Shown here in pieces: positions 1 through 9,279 of a stretch of DNA of 64,000 bases. Position 1 is the first letter of the stretch. The number at the start of each line of letters is the position of its first letter. The notes beneath the pieces were generated by a model. It saw only the letters and a list, made by a program, of their open reading frames with translations, did no database searches and had not been told where the DNA came from. The translations under genes were made by a program, and so were the position numbers. Source of the stretch: an uncultured Nitrososphaerota archaeon (GTDB lineage Archaea > Thermoproteota > Nitrososphaeria > Nitrososphaerales > Nitrosopumilaceae); NCBI GenBank assembly GCA_963824385.1, contig CAWGPD010000004.1:635944-699943 (forward strand), written 5' to 3'.

Positions 1-623
1 AAAACATATGTTCCCTCTTGTGTAGGAGTATAATCTACAAAATAGAGACCCTGGTGAAGAGTCATTAAAGAATTTGCAAGACTTTCTACAGCACCAGATG
101 GAAGATGAACATGTGAGGTAGCCAGTATTTTCGACGGATCACCTGCTACTAACAATCCGTCACTTGTGACTTGAACAAAAACTCGAAATGTTTGGTTAAT
201 TGCAGCAGTCTGAGGTGCAAATACTACAACATTTACAACTCTTTGAATAGGAATTTGTTCTAATGCTGATGATGGAGCAAATTTTACATCGACTTTTTGA
301 GATTGCCCTTGCTCCTTTGAAGCAATTGCCTCAACAGTATAAGTCCCATATGCATATGTCGAAGTAGCATTTGGCCATTTGATTAGTATGTGTTCAAAGT
401 TTCCATCAGAATCAGCCGTGATCTGATCAAATTGTGATATAGTACCATCAGGTGCAAAAAGTCTTATTATAATTGGCTCACTTGGCAGACCGGTTCCATA
501 AACTAGAAGTGGTTGACCTTCCGAGTAAACTTGTCTATCAGTAGACATTTGTAAAGCATAAGCAGAGGTTAAGAGATTACCTAAAACGATAAAAACTATG
601 AACATAGTTATTAGTAGTTTCAA
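1..623 (-). CDS. Exported/surface protein with signal peptide (partial, runs off window start)
   Basis: Manual translation from TTG at 623: MKLLITMFIVFIVLGNLLTSAYALQMSTDRQVYSEGQPLLVYG..., a hydrophobic N-terminus with AYA cleavage site. Not in the ORF track. Confidence 0.7.
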   Translation of the reverse strand, partial: MKLLITMFIVFIVLGNLLTSAYALQMSTDRQVYSEGQPLLVYGTGLPSEPIIIRLFAPDGTISQFDQITADSDGNFEHILIKWPNATSTYAYGTYTVEAIASKEQGQSQKVDVKFAPSSALEQIPIQRVVNVVVFAPQTAAINQTFRVFVQVTSDGLLVAGDPSKILATSHVHLPSGAVESLANSLMTLHQGLYFVDYTPTQEGTYV

Positions 624-717
624 TCTATTGATAATTTCGTTAACCCATAGATATTGGTTCTGTTATTGTAAATGTAGACTTGAAAAAGAATTAACGAAAT
701 ATGTAATGATGAGAACT

Positions 718-1350
718 TTATTCCTGCTGGTATCTTTCTGAATTCATAGAATTTATTGCAACCATTGAAAAGATTGATTGTTCGTTTTTTAGTATTGTCA
801 AAGATGCGTTTCTTATTATCATTTCATATAATGATTCAGGGCTAGGTTGAAGAATAGTCGATATTATGGATTTTATAGGATCCATGTGCGTAACAAGTAA
901 AATAGTTTCTTCATTGTGTTTTTTTGTACAATGATCAACCATGTCCAAAATTCGTTTTTTTACATTTGAAAATGTCTCTATTCCATTATTTTCAACTACT
1001 GGATGACCTTGATAGAACTTTAAGAAAACATTTCCATGTTTTTCAAACATTTCATCATAATGCATTCCGGTAAATGTACCCATATCTATTTCCGTTAATC
1101 TTTCATCAACATCACATCTCAAATTCACCTTGTTTGCAACTATTCTAGCAGTCTGCTCTGCTCTCTCTATAGGACTACAATATATCTTTGAAATACTGAG
1201 AGGTTTAAGAAAATCTCCTATTTTTTCAGCCTGTTGAGTGCCTAATTCTGTAAGTGGAAATCCTTTTGTGCGTCCAGCTAGAATCCTCTCAACATTATTT
1301 TTAGCTTGACCATGTCGTAGAAAAAGAAATAATGTCAATAACGATTGCAT
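718..1350 (-). CDS. Histidine phosphatase / phosphoglycerate mutase family protein
   Basis: RHG motif, SPIERAEQTA, LTEIDMG, LLVTH. Confidence 0.9.
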   Translation of the reverse strand: MQSLLTLFLFLRHGQAKNNVERILAGRTKGFPLTELGTQQAEKIGDFLKPLSISKIYCSPIERAEQTARIVANKVNLRCDVDERLTEIDMGTFTGMHYDEMFEKHGNVFLKFYQGHPVVENNGIETFSNVKKRILDMVDHCTKKHNEETILLVTHMDPIKSIISTILQPSPESLYEMIIRNASLTILKNEQSIFSMVAINSMNSERYQQE

Positions 1351-1393
1351 TTATTGAATAAAGATAATAATAACATTACCTGTTCAGAATTTC

Positions 1394-2066
1394 GTGAAGA
1401 TTGGAATAATTGGCGGAACTGGCGGAATGGGTAAGGGATTTGCCTTAAGATGGTGTGAAAATCATGATATCATAATAGGGTTCAAGAGAAGCTACCAAGG
1501 CAGAAGAAGCTGCTAAAGAATATTCAAATCTTGCACAAAAAGAATATGGCTCTTTCAATGGCAAGATCACTGGAAAAGACAATACTACAGTTGCAAAAGA
1601 AAGCGATGTTCTAGTTTTATCAATCCCATATGAAAATATTGATGCAATATGTTCTCAACTTTTACCTAATGTGAGAGATGATTGTACAGTAATATCACCA
1701 ATAGTTCCCTTGACAAAGACTGATGCTGGTTTTGAATTCATTTCGTTTAAAGACAAAAAACCATCAGCGTTTGAGTTGGTACAAAAACATATGAAAAATA
1801 AATCAAAGTTAGTATCTGCATTTCATACCATATCAGAGAAAAAACTGATTGATCCTAAACTCTTACTGGATTCAGACATTTTTGTTTGCGGAGATTCTGA
1901 CGATTCAATAAATATAGTACGTCAGTTAATAACAGAGATAAAAAATCTTAGACCCATAATATTAGGACCAGGTTCTTTGTCATATCTAGCTGAAGTAGCA
2001 ACTCCCATTCTTCTTAACGCAATGATAAAGAATAAGATGAAGAATCCGGGCATAAAGATAATCTAG
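1394..2066 (+). CDS. npdG: NADPH-dependent F420 reductase (one frameshift near 1480)
   Basis: GTG start at 1394 gives MKIGIIGGTGGMGKGFALRW...IIG, then SREATKA in the next frame joining ORF 1671..2066 (VSAFHTIS, DIFVCGD). Confidence 0.85.
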
Positions 2067-2088
2067 TTACTATTTTACAAATATAATA

Positions 2089-2313
2089 ATGGGCAAAGTT
2101 AGAAGAAAAAATTGGTTTACAGCAATGGGTATATTGTTTCTTGTTGTAACTGTAATTCCCATAGTAAGAGATTTGCTTATTTGGGGGCCAGAATTTACTT
2201 CTGACTTTTTTACATCCTCAGACATAACAAGTGAAAAGATATCAATAGGCATATTAGGAATTGCTGGATTTCTTATTGTTTTAGGATTAAGGGGGGAAAA
2301 TTATGAAGAGTAA
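2089..2313 (+). CDS. Small two-TM membrane protein
   Basis: Two hydrophobic segments; tightly packed with neighbouring genes. Confidence 0.7.
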   Translation: MGKVRRKNWFTAMGILFLVVTVIPIVRDLLIWGPEFTSDFFTSSDITSEKISIGILGIAGFLIVLGLRGENYEE

Positions 2314-2701
2314 GGAATTTCTCAAATCACAGAAGATTTTACGTCTTGCTTCAATAGATCCCTCCGGAAATCCTCACATCGTTCCTGTCTGGTACATGTA
2401 TGATAATGACAAATTCTATGTAGGAACCAATACAAAGACAAGAAAAGCAAAGAATATCAAAAAGAATGCAAAGGTCTCATTTTGTATCGACGTTGGAATA
2501 AAGTCACCAGATATTGTTGGAATGATGGGAATTGGAAGAGCTAGATTAATTTTGAAAACAGATAGAGTTGAACAATTAGCAGAAAAAATTCTACTTCGTT
2601 ATTTTAAAACTCTAAAAAATCAGTCTGCCCAGCAACTCCTACACCAAACTGATTGCATCATTGAAATTATTCCCAAAAAGATTACAAATTGGAAATATTA
2701 G
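2303..2701 (+). CDS. Pyridoxamine 5'-phosphate oxidase-like (PPOX class, probably F420-dependent) protein
   Basis: LASIDPSGNPHIVPVWY...RKAKNIKKNAKVSFCID signature; lies near npdG. Confidence 0.85.
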   Translation: MKSKEFLKSQKILRLASIDPSGNPHIVPVWYMYDNDKFYVGTNTKTRKAKNIKKNAKVSFCIDVGIKSPDIVGMMGIGRARLILKTDRVEQLAEKILLRYFKTLKNQSAQQLLHQTDCIIEIIPKKITNWKY

Positions 2702-3870
2702 GTAACAAATTTTTCGATTTTGTTCAACGCCTCTTCTAAAAGGGGGATTTCTGGCAAGAAAACCATTCTAAAGTGACCTGTACCATATTGAGTTCCAAAT
2801 CCAGATCCATGAACTGTCAAAATACCAGTTGTCTTCAATAATTGTATTACAAATTCCTTGTCAGAACTATACTTGTTATCTTCAATCTTTGGAAATGCGT
2901 AAAAAGCTCCTTTTGGATTTGAACAACTAATACTAGGCATGTCATTTAATCTCTTGATGGTATAATCCCGTCTTTTTTTAAGTTCAGAGACAAATTTTGT
3001 TACATAATCTTGTGGTCCTTTGAGTGATTCTAATGCAGCATATTGTACAGGTAAATTGGTAGCAATTCTTACTCTAGATAACTTGGGTACATTCTCTCTT
3101 AGTAATTCTAGTTTTTTTGATTGATTAAATGCAATATACCCTATTCGCCAGCCAGACATCAGATGAACTTTGGAAAATCCATTTAACAAAATTACAGGAG
3201 AATCACCACTAACTTTTCCTATACCTGTGAATTTTTCGTCAAAGACTATTTGATCATATATCTCGTCACAGATGATATAGAGATCATGCTCATTGGCCAA
3301 ATCAACCAAATCTTTTAGAGATTTCTCACTAAATACAACACCGGTGGGATTATTTGGGCTGATAAGACATATGGCAACAGTTTTAGATGTAATTTTTGAT
3401 CTGATATCATCTAGATCAGGAGTAGAGTTGTGTAGATCTACCAAGAATTCAATTGGTTTTCCTCCAAATAATCGGACATATGATGCATAAGGAGGATAGT
3501 ATGGACCAGGAATTAGTACCTCATCGCCTTGTTCCACAATGGATGCCATGATCATCTCAAGGCCTTCAGAGACTCCATTTGTTACTAGTACATCATCTTC
3601 TAAAACTCTAAGACCCTTTACTGCCTCTTTTTTTGATATTGCTTCACGTAATTCGGGTAAACCTTCTGAAGACGCATAATAATTTTGACCATCCTTTACA
3701 GCTTTGATTAGTGCTTCTTTAACTCTGTCAGGAGGCTGAAATCCATACTGGAGCGGATCACCTATGTTAAGATAGGTAATTTTCTTGCCTTGTTTTTGTA
3801 GTTTCCTAGCTTCTAGTGCAATATCCCGTATTGCATATTCTACTCCTGCTACTCTTTGTGATATCTTCAA
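2698..3870 (-). CDS. Class I/II PLP aminotransferase (alanine aminotransferase-like)
   Basis: LNIGDP, SPNNPTG, DEIY, NGFSKVHLMSGWRIG. Confidence 0.9.
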   Translation of the reverse strand: MKISQRVAGVEYAIRDIALEARKLQKQGKKITYLNIGDPLQYGFQPPDRVKEALIKAVKDGQNYYASSEGLPELREAISKKEAVKGLRVLEDDVLVTNGVSEGLEMIMASIVEQGDEVLIPGPYYPPYASYVRLFGGKPIEFLVDLHNSTPDLDDIRSKITSKTVAICLISPNNPTGVVFSEKSLKDLVDLANEHDLYIICDEIYDQIVFDEKFTGIGKVSGDSPVILLNGFSKVHLMSGWRIGYIAFNQSKKLELLRENVPKLSRVRIATNLPVQYAALESLKGPQDYVTKFVSELKKRRDYTIKRLNDMPSISCSNPKGAFYAFPKIEDNKYSSDKEFVIQLLKTTGILTVHGSGFGTQYGTGHFRMVFLPEIPLLEEALNKIEKFVT

Positions 3871-3913
3871 TTACCTAGACAGATATTTAGCCCCGTTAAA
3901 TTCTTACTTGATC

Positions 3914-3988
3914 GGACCCGTTGCATAGCCCGGATAGTGCGGATGGCTTCGGACCATCAGGTCGTGGGTTCGAATCCCACCGGGCCCT
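3914..3988 (+). tRNA. tRNA-Arg (TCG)
   Basis: Cloverleaf GGACCCG..., D-stem GCAT/GTGC, anticodon arm GATGG-CTTCGGA-CCATC, T arm GTGGG-TTCGAAT-CCCAC; no encoded CCA; A3:C70 mismatch. Confidence 0.93.
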
Positions 3989-4010
3989 TGATATTATAAA
4001 TAGATAGACT

Positions 4011-4523
4011 TTGTTACACATTATAATTATGAGACTTCCGATTTCTTTATTTTATATAGGAATAATATTGATCATATCAGGATCAATTTGGGCAGGAATT
4101 ATCTTATCTGAAGCTAACAAAAGTGTAGATAGTTTTCATTTAGGAAATTCTGAGGTTGGTACTACATCATTAAAAGTTCAAGGAAATGGAATTGGGTTTT
4201 ATTTGATATCTTCTGAAAGTTATCAAAATAATATTCTTGCCAAGGTGATAGATTCACATGGAAATTTTCTAGACATAAGAAAGATAACCAACAAAGTTAC
4301 AGTAGACTATTTTCATTTTGAACACAATGACCAAGTTACATTAGAATTGACTAATCTTTCTGACAATCCTGTACAATTATCTATTACAATAGGGGATACA
4401 AGAGTTTCAGAAATCATGTTACCTGCAATACTAATATTAGCAGGAGTCTTGATTTTGGTATTTTCAGGATTTAAAAAACTAAGAAATTACATTACAGAAC
4501 ATCCAGATGAAAACAATTCATAA
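4011..4523 (+). CDS. Hypothetical membrane protein (N- and C-terminal TM helices around a beta-rich domain)
   Basis: ORF with hydrophobic ends. Confidence 0.65.
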   Translation: MLHIIIMRLPISLFYIGIILIISGSIWAGIILSEANKSVDSFHLGNSEVGTTSLKVQGNGIGFYLISSESYQNNILAKVIDSHGNFLDIRKITNKVTVDYFHFEHNDQVTLELTNLSDNPVQLSITIGDTRVSEIMLPAILILAGVLILVFSGFKKLRNYITEHPDENNS

Positions 4524-5071
4524 ACTGGAATGCACAACATAGTTGCACCAACTAGCAATGCAAGATTGAAACATATCCAAGTAGCAGAGAATAGAACATT
4601 TACAATCGCAAAAGGGATAACTTTTTTTGTCTTGTTATAACTAAATTTTGAAATTGTCAGAAAGCCGCCAATGGCGGTCAAAAGTAATCCAGATTCTATC
4701 GTAAGATGTGAAGCTGTGACTAGTCCATCAATGCCATATATTTCATGAAAATTGTAATCAATATAACCTCCCACAAGTTGCATTATTGATCCAATTAGCA
4801 GTATGGTTATTCCCACAATGATCTTCTTGTTTTTTAGAGAAATTATAGTTCCAAATGCTGCAGAAAGTGCCACTATAGTCACTCCTGAATAGACAGAAAC
4901 ATGTTGAATGGTCCAAAAATGATCAGGAACCTTGAGAGCATGTGATGCAGAGTCCCACATTCCTCCCAACAGTACTGTAGAGGTACCTAAAACAGCCATA
5001 ATTGAAACTATGAGTAAAATTTCATTTTGTCTTGATAGAAACGAGTCAGAGATTATCTGCGTTATAGTCAT
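4487..5071 (-). CDS. Polytopic membrane protein with two AmoC/PmoC-like D-x3-H-x12-H motifs
   Basis: WDSASHALKVPDHFWTIQH and IDYNFHEIYGIDGLVTASH, each between TM helices; start probably MTITQ at 5071. Confidence 0.7.
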   Translation of the reverse strand: MTITQIISDSFLSRQNEILLIVSIMAVLGTSTVLLGGMWDSASHALKVPDHFWTIQHVSVYSGVTIVALSAAFGTIISLKNKKIIVGITILLIGSIMQLVGGYIDYNFHEIYGIDGLVTASHLTIESGLLLTAIGGFLTISKFSYNKTKKVIPFAIVNVLFSATWICFNLALLVGATMLCIPVYELFSSGCSVM

Positions 5072-5217
5072 ACTAAAACTCTGCAATGATCTTGCTATAT
5101 AGAATTTTGTTATAGAATTTTTAGTGTTTGTGTTTACTGATTTTATGTTCATAAATCATGAAATTTCACTTGAAAATTTAGGAAATGACTATTATACTTG
5201 TCAGAAGAAGAAATTGT

Positions 5218-5457
5218 ATGAACCCTGGCATAGGATTGATGAAACGAAGACTTCCAACAGAAAAGGAAGCAATCCCGGTAGCAGTATCTGGAATTGTTCA
5301 GAAATATGGTGTCAAAGTAGATGATATCAAGACACTTGAAACAAAATTTGATGTGGATAGTGGAGACTGGTACGTGGCTTTAGGATTTGGAGAAAAAAGA
5401 GCAATTGTGAAAATGGATTCTGTCCAAGGAACAATTACAGAGATTAAAGAAATTTAG
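5218..5457 (+). CDS. Small hypothetical protein (PepSY-like C-terminus)
   Basis: ...WYVALGFGEKRAIVKMDSVQGTITEI; start probably MNPGIG. Confidence 0.65.
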   Translation: MNPGIGLMKRRLPTEKEAIPVAVSGIVQKYGVKVDDIKTLETKFDVDSGDWYVALGFGEKRAIVKMDSVQGTITEIKEI

Positions 5458-5458
5458 T

Positions 5459-6103
5459 TTATTTTTTGAATTGTACGTTAGATACTTCGGGCTCTTTTAT
5501 TATAATTAATCCGCCATCTCGTAGTTGTTGAATTAATTGTAATACCTCTTTTTCCATTTGTCCTCTTTGCAAACCAAGTTGTTGTGAAAACGCATCAACC
5601 AGTTCGGTTATCTTTCTTTGCCCATTACATAATTTCCAAAATTCTACAATTGCCTGATTAACCATAAATCCCTGTTGATCTTCGTTCATCAAGACAAGTG
5701 AGCCATCCTCTTGTTTTACTAGAGAGCCTATACCTTGAGGCATTGCAATTTCATAGTTTATTGGGGCTATGGTTTTTTGGTTACCATAATTTATCATTTT
5801 TTTACCCTCCTCAGACATTTTCTCTGGAGTCCACGCAGGCTCCCATACAATCTCAACATCAACTCCAGTTACGCCTGGAACTTTGGTTACATATCTTTTA
5901 ACGTCACTAACTAATGTGGCGTGTAATGGGCATCCTCGAGTAGTCATTGTCATTTTGATATCTATTTTGTTATCATCTTTTACAGTCACACCGTAAATCA
6001 GTCCCATGTCAACTACACTTATTGGGATTTCAGGATCCATGCACTGTTTTAACGAATCCAGTACTTGCTGAGAAGTTACAGTCATGAATTGACTTGTTTC
6101 CAC
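5459..6103 (-). CDS. DUF59/SufT Fe-S assembly domain fused to C-terminal PqqD-like (RRE) domain
   Basis: DPEIPISVVDMGLIY, TTRGCP, WEPAWTPEKMS; C-terminal NQAIVEFWKLCNGQRKITEL...LIQQLRDGGLI. Confidence 0.8.
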   Translation of the reverse strand: METSQFMTVTSQQVLDSLKQCMDPEIPISVVDMGLIYGVTVKDDNKIDIKMTMTTRGCPLHATLVSDVKRYVTKVPGVTGVDVEIVWEPAWTPEKMSEEGKKMINYGNQKTIAPINYEIAMPQGIGSLVKQEDGSLVLMNEDQQGFMVNQAIVEFWKLCNGQRKITELVDAFSQQLGLQRGQMEKEVLQLIQQLRDGGLIIIKEPEVSNVQFKK

Positions 6104-6118
6104 AATAGAATAAATACT

Positions 6119-7180
6119 TTACAACTTTGATTCAAATAATTTTCGTATAGATTCTACAAATGGAGGCTTGGCAACTCCCACTTCAGTTATAATTCCAGTT
6201 ATCAGTTCAGGAGGAGTCATATCAAAGGCCGGATTAATTACATTAATGCCATCAGGAGCAGTTTTCTTTCCTGCAACTCCTGTAACCTCACTTGCTTTTC
6301 TTTGTTCAATTATGATATCATCGGGTTTATTTTTTAGATCAAATGTAGAGAGTGGGGCTGCTACATAAAATGGAATATTGTGTTGTTTTGCCATTGTAGC
6401 AACTTGATAAGTGCCAATTTTATTATACACATGACCAGTGCTTAGGATTCTGTCTGCACCAACCACAACTTTATTCACTAGCCCCTTTGACATTGCATAA
6501 CCTACAGCAGTATCAGGAATCAGGCTAACATCGATATTGTCATGTTTTAATTCAAAAGCAGTAAGACGCGATCCTTGCATCACAGGTCTTGTTTCAGTAG
6601 CTATAACCTTTATGTTCTTTCCACTATCTCTAGTTGCACGAATAACACCCAAGGCAGTTCCATATCCAACAGTGGCAAGTGCACCTGCATTACAATGAGT
6701 CATTATGGTGTCATTATTTGCAAACAATTCTGAGCCAAATTTTCCCATTCTCATATTGATTTCCACATCTTCAACAGCCATCTTCTGGGCAGTATCAACA
6801 ACCATTTTTTTAATTTCATTAACATCATTTCCTTTACTTGCTACTTGCATTATTTTTTCTAGTCCCCATGCAAGATTAACAGCAGTTGGACGTGTCTCAA
6901 AGAGTACTTTTCTAGCTTTTTCTAGATCTTCAAGCAATTTTTCCTTGGTCTTTGCTTTACTTTGAAGTGATGCTAGAGCCAGACCAAAAGCTCCGGCAAC
7001 TCCAATAGCTGGTGCTCCCCGTATTACAAGATCCTTTATGGCCTGTGCCACCTTTCTATAGTCCTTGAACTTTACATATTCAAGTTTGTTAGGAAGTTTT
7101 GTTTGATCTATCATTATTACAGTATTGTTCTTCCATTCAACAGTTCGTAAACTAGAATGAATCTTGGTTTGATCCTTCAA
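6119..7180 (-). CDS. mtnA: S-methyl-5-thioribose-1-phosphate isomerase
   Basis: IRGAPAIG, RPTAVNL, THCNAGALAT, ETRPVMQGSRLT, GADRI, NKIGTY. Confidence 0.93.
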   Translation of the reverse strand: MKDQTKIHSSLRTVEWKNNTVIMIDQTKLPNKLEYVKFKDYRKVAQAIKDLVIRGAPAIGVAGAFGLALASLQSKAKTKEKLLEDLEKARKVLFETRPTAVNLAWGLEKIMQVASKGNDVNEIKKMVVDTAQKMAVEDVEINMRMGKFGSELFANNDTIMTHCNAGALATVGYGTALGVIRATRDSGKNIKVIATETRPVMQGSRLTAFELKHDNIDVSLIPDTAVGYAMSKGLVNKVVVGADRILSTGHVYNKIGTYQVATMAKQHNIPFYVAAPLSTFDLKNKPDDIIIEQRKASEVTGVAGKKTAPDGINVINPAFDMTPPELITGIITEVGVAKPPFVESIRKLFESKL

Positions 7181-7267
7181 TACTGGTTCTCAAATTATGG
7201 CTTTTTTATAATCTTTGCAATGTTATACCATTAAACATTATATTGCAATCGTTATCCAAGTCAATAG

Positions 7268-8279
7268 TTGCTAAATCTTGCTACGTTGAAGAAGTATGAC
7301 GTTTCTGGCATGTACAAGGTTTATGATCAATGGCCCAGAATTGCAAGAGAATCATATTCATCTGATCAAGATGTCGTAGATTTTGACAATATAGATCATA
7401 TCGTATTTTCAGGCATGGGCGGCTCTGGAACAATAGGAGATATCATATCATCAATTCTTTCAAAGACAAATATTCATGTTGCAGTAGTAAAAGGATATCA
7501 TCTTCCAAATACCGTAGATTCAAAAACACTTGTTATTACCACAAGCATTTCTGGAAATACTGCTGAGACTTTGGCTGTACTTGATGCTGCAAGAAAAACC
7601 AAATGCAAGTTAATTGCCTTTTCTTCAGGAAGTAAGATGGAAGCATTATTGTCAAAAACACAAGATTGAACACAGGGTTGTTCCAAAGACTCACTCTCCC
7701 AGAGCATCTTTTCCAGGATTTTTATATACTATTTTAAAAGTACTTGGACCTGTATTACCATTAAAAGAAAAAGACATTTTAGATTCCATAAAAGAACTTG
7801 AAAAGACTGGCAGAATTATTTCATCAGAGAATCTTGATAAAAACAACCCATCTTTGCAGTTAGCAGAATGGATTTCAGGAATTCCAGTCATCTATTATCC
7901 TTTTGGCCTCCAATCCGCTGCAGTAAGATTCAAGAACTCGCTTCAGGAAAATGCAAAAAGACATGCCATGATAGAAGACATCATAGAGGCAGGTCATAAT
8001 GATATAGTATCATGGGAGAAAAAAGACAAGGTACAGCCAATTTTGCTTGAAGGAACAGATGACTATATCAAAACTAAACAGAGATGGGAAATAATTAAAA
8101 AATATTTCCAGATAAACAAGATTGACTATAGAGAAGTACACTCTGTAAAAGGTTCCATAATTTCCAAGTTGATTAATTTGATCTATGTTCTGGATTATTC
8201 TACGATATACCTTGCTGCTTTATCAAAAATAGATCCATCGCCTACCAAGTCTATTGATTTTATCAAGAAATTATCGTAG
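7268..8279 (+). CDS. Bifunctional phosphoglucose/phosphomannose isomerase (SIS domain; frameshift near 7645)
   Basis: GMGGSG, SISGNTAET, SPRAS, RFKNSLQENAK, EAGHND across ORFs 7268..7669 and 7614..8279. Confidence 0.85.
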
Positions 8280-8385
8280 ATGCTAGAATGTAATTTATTG
8301 TAATAGAGATTTAATGTAATTCATTTTTAGAGAATCGTAATACATTCAATTATTAATTAAACATATTCTGTCCAGTATTCGATTT

Positions 8386-9173
8386 TTACTTTTTATATTT
8401 TTTTGCAATTGATTTTGCGTTTTTTACTTTTTTTGCATAGTCTGATTGATATCTTTTATTAGATCAAGTGTCTGATTGTGAATTAGATCAAGGTTAGGAA
8501 TTACACAATGTCCTCCAATAAAGCCAGGAAACATCTTTGGTCTGTTTCCCAAGAATTTGTGAATTTCATCTGAAAATGACCACATTTCATCATAATTTAC
8601 ATTATTTGTATTGCAATCATGTTACTAAGTTGGGCATAATTTATCAGCCATCCATAGTATGAAGTATCTACTACTATCTTTGCCAATTCCAGTGTCAATA
8701 GGGGATGACATTTGCTTTGTTTTTACTCCTGATTTTTTCATCAGTTTAGTATATTCTGAAGAAGCCCATTCTTTTTTAGGAGCATTAGTATCCTAATAGC
8801 AAAAAACTTGGTGTACCGCTTTAGATCATTCAACATTCTTTTATGCACTCCACGAGTTGCACTGTAAATTACAGGCATGTCCAGTTTCTTTTGTATTCTG
8901 TCAGTAGTACCTGGACTAATTGTGCTGTGTATCACAATTGCTTTTGGTTTATGTGTTTTGACTATATCAAAAACTGCTTTTTCAAACTTGGAAGTAAATG
9001 GAATGCAGATATGACAAAATACAGTATCAAGATGTTTGAATTTTTCATATTTGTTTTTGATCCATTAACTTTGGATTAATGTCATAACCTACAGCAATGT
9101 TATTTTTTGATATTAATTGTAATATTGGATATCCTATTTCTCCCAAACCTACAACTATATTTTTTTGTAGCAA
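8386..9173 (-). CDS. Short UDP-glucose/GDP-mannose dehydrogenase family protein (several frameshifts)
   Basis: Manual translation: MLQKNIVVGLGEIG...GYDI, IHSTISPGTT, ...RPKMFPGFIGGHCVIPNL (catalytic GGHC). Confidence 0.75.
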
Positions 9174-9279
9174 ACTAGGATATCCAATACAAGACTCCTA
9201 AATTAATCAATAGATTAGAAATATAATACAGAAAAATAATGATCAGAGAATTCTTCCTAGGCCTGTTTTTACATTAAAA

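Noticed and set aside
3914..8300. tRNA-Arg as integration site for the island
   Set aside because: Housekeeping genes lie between the tRNA and the island. I found no integrase, transposase or duplicated tRNA 3' end in the window.
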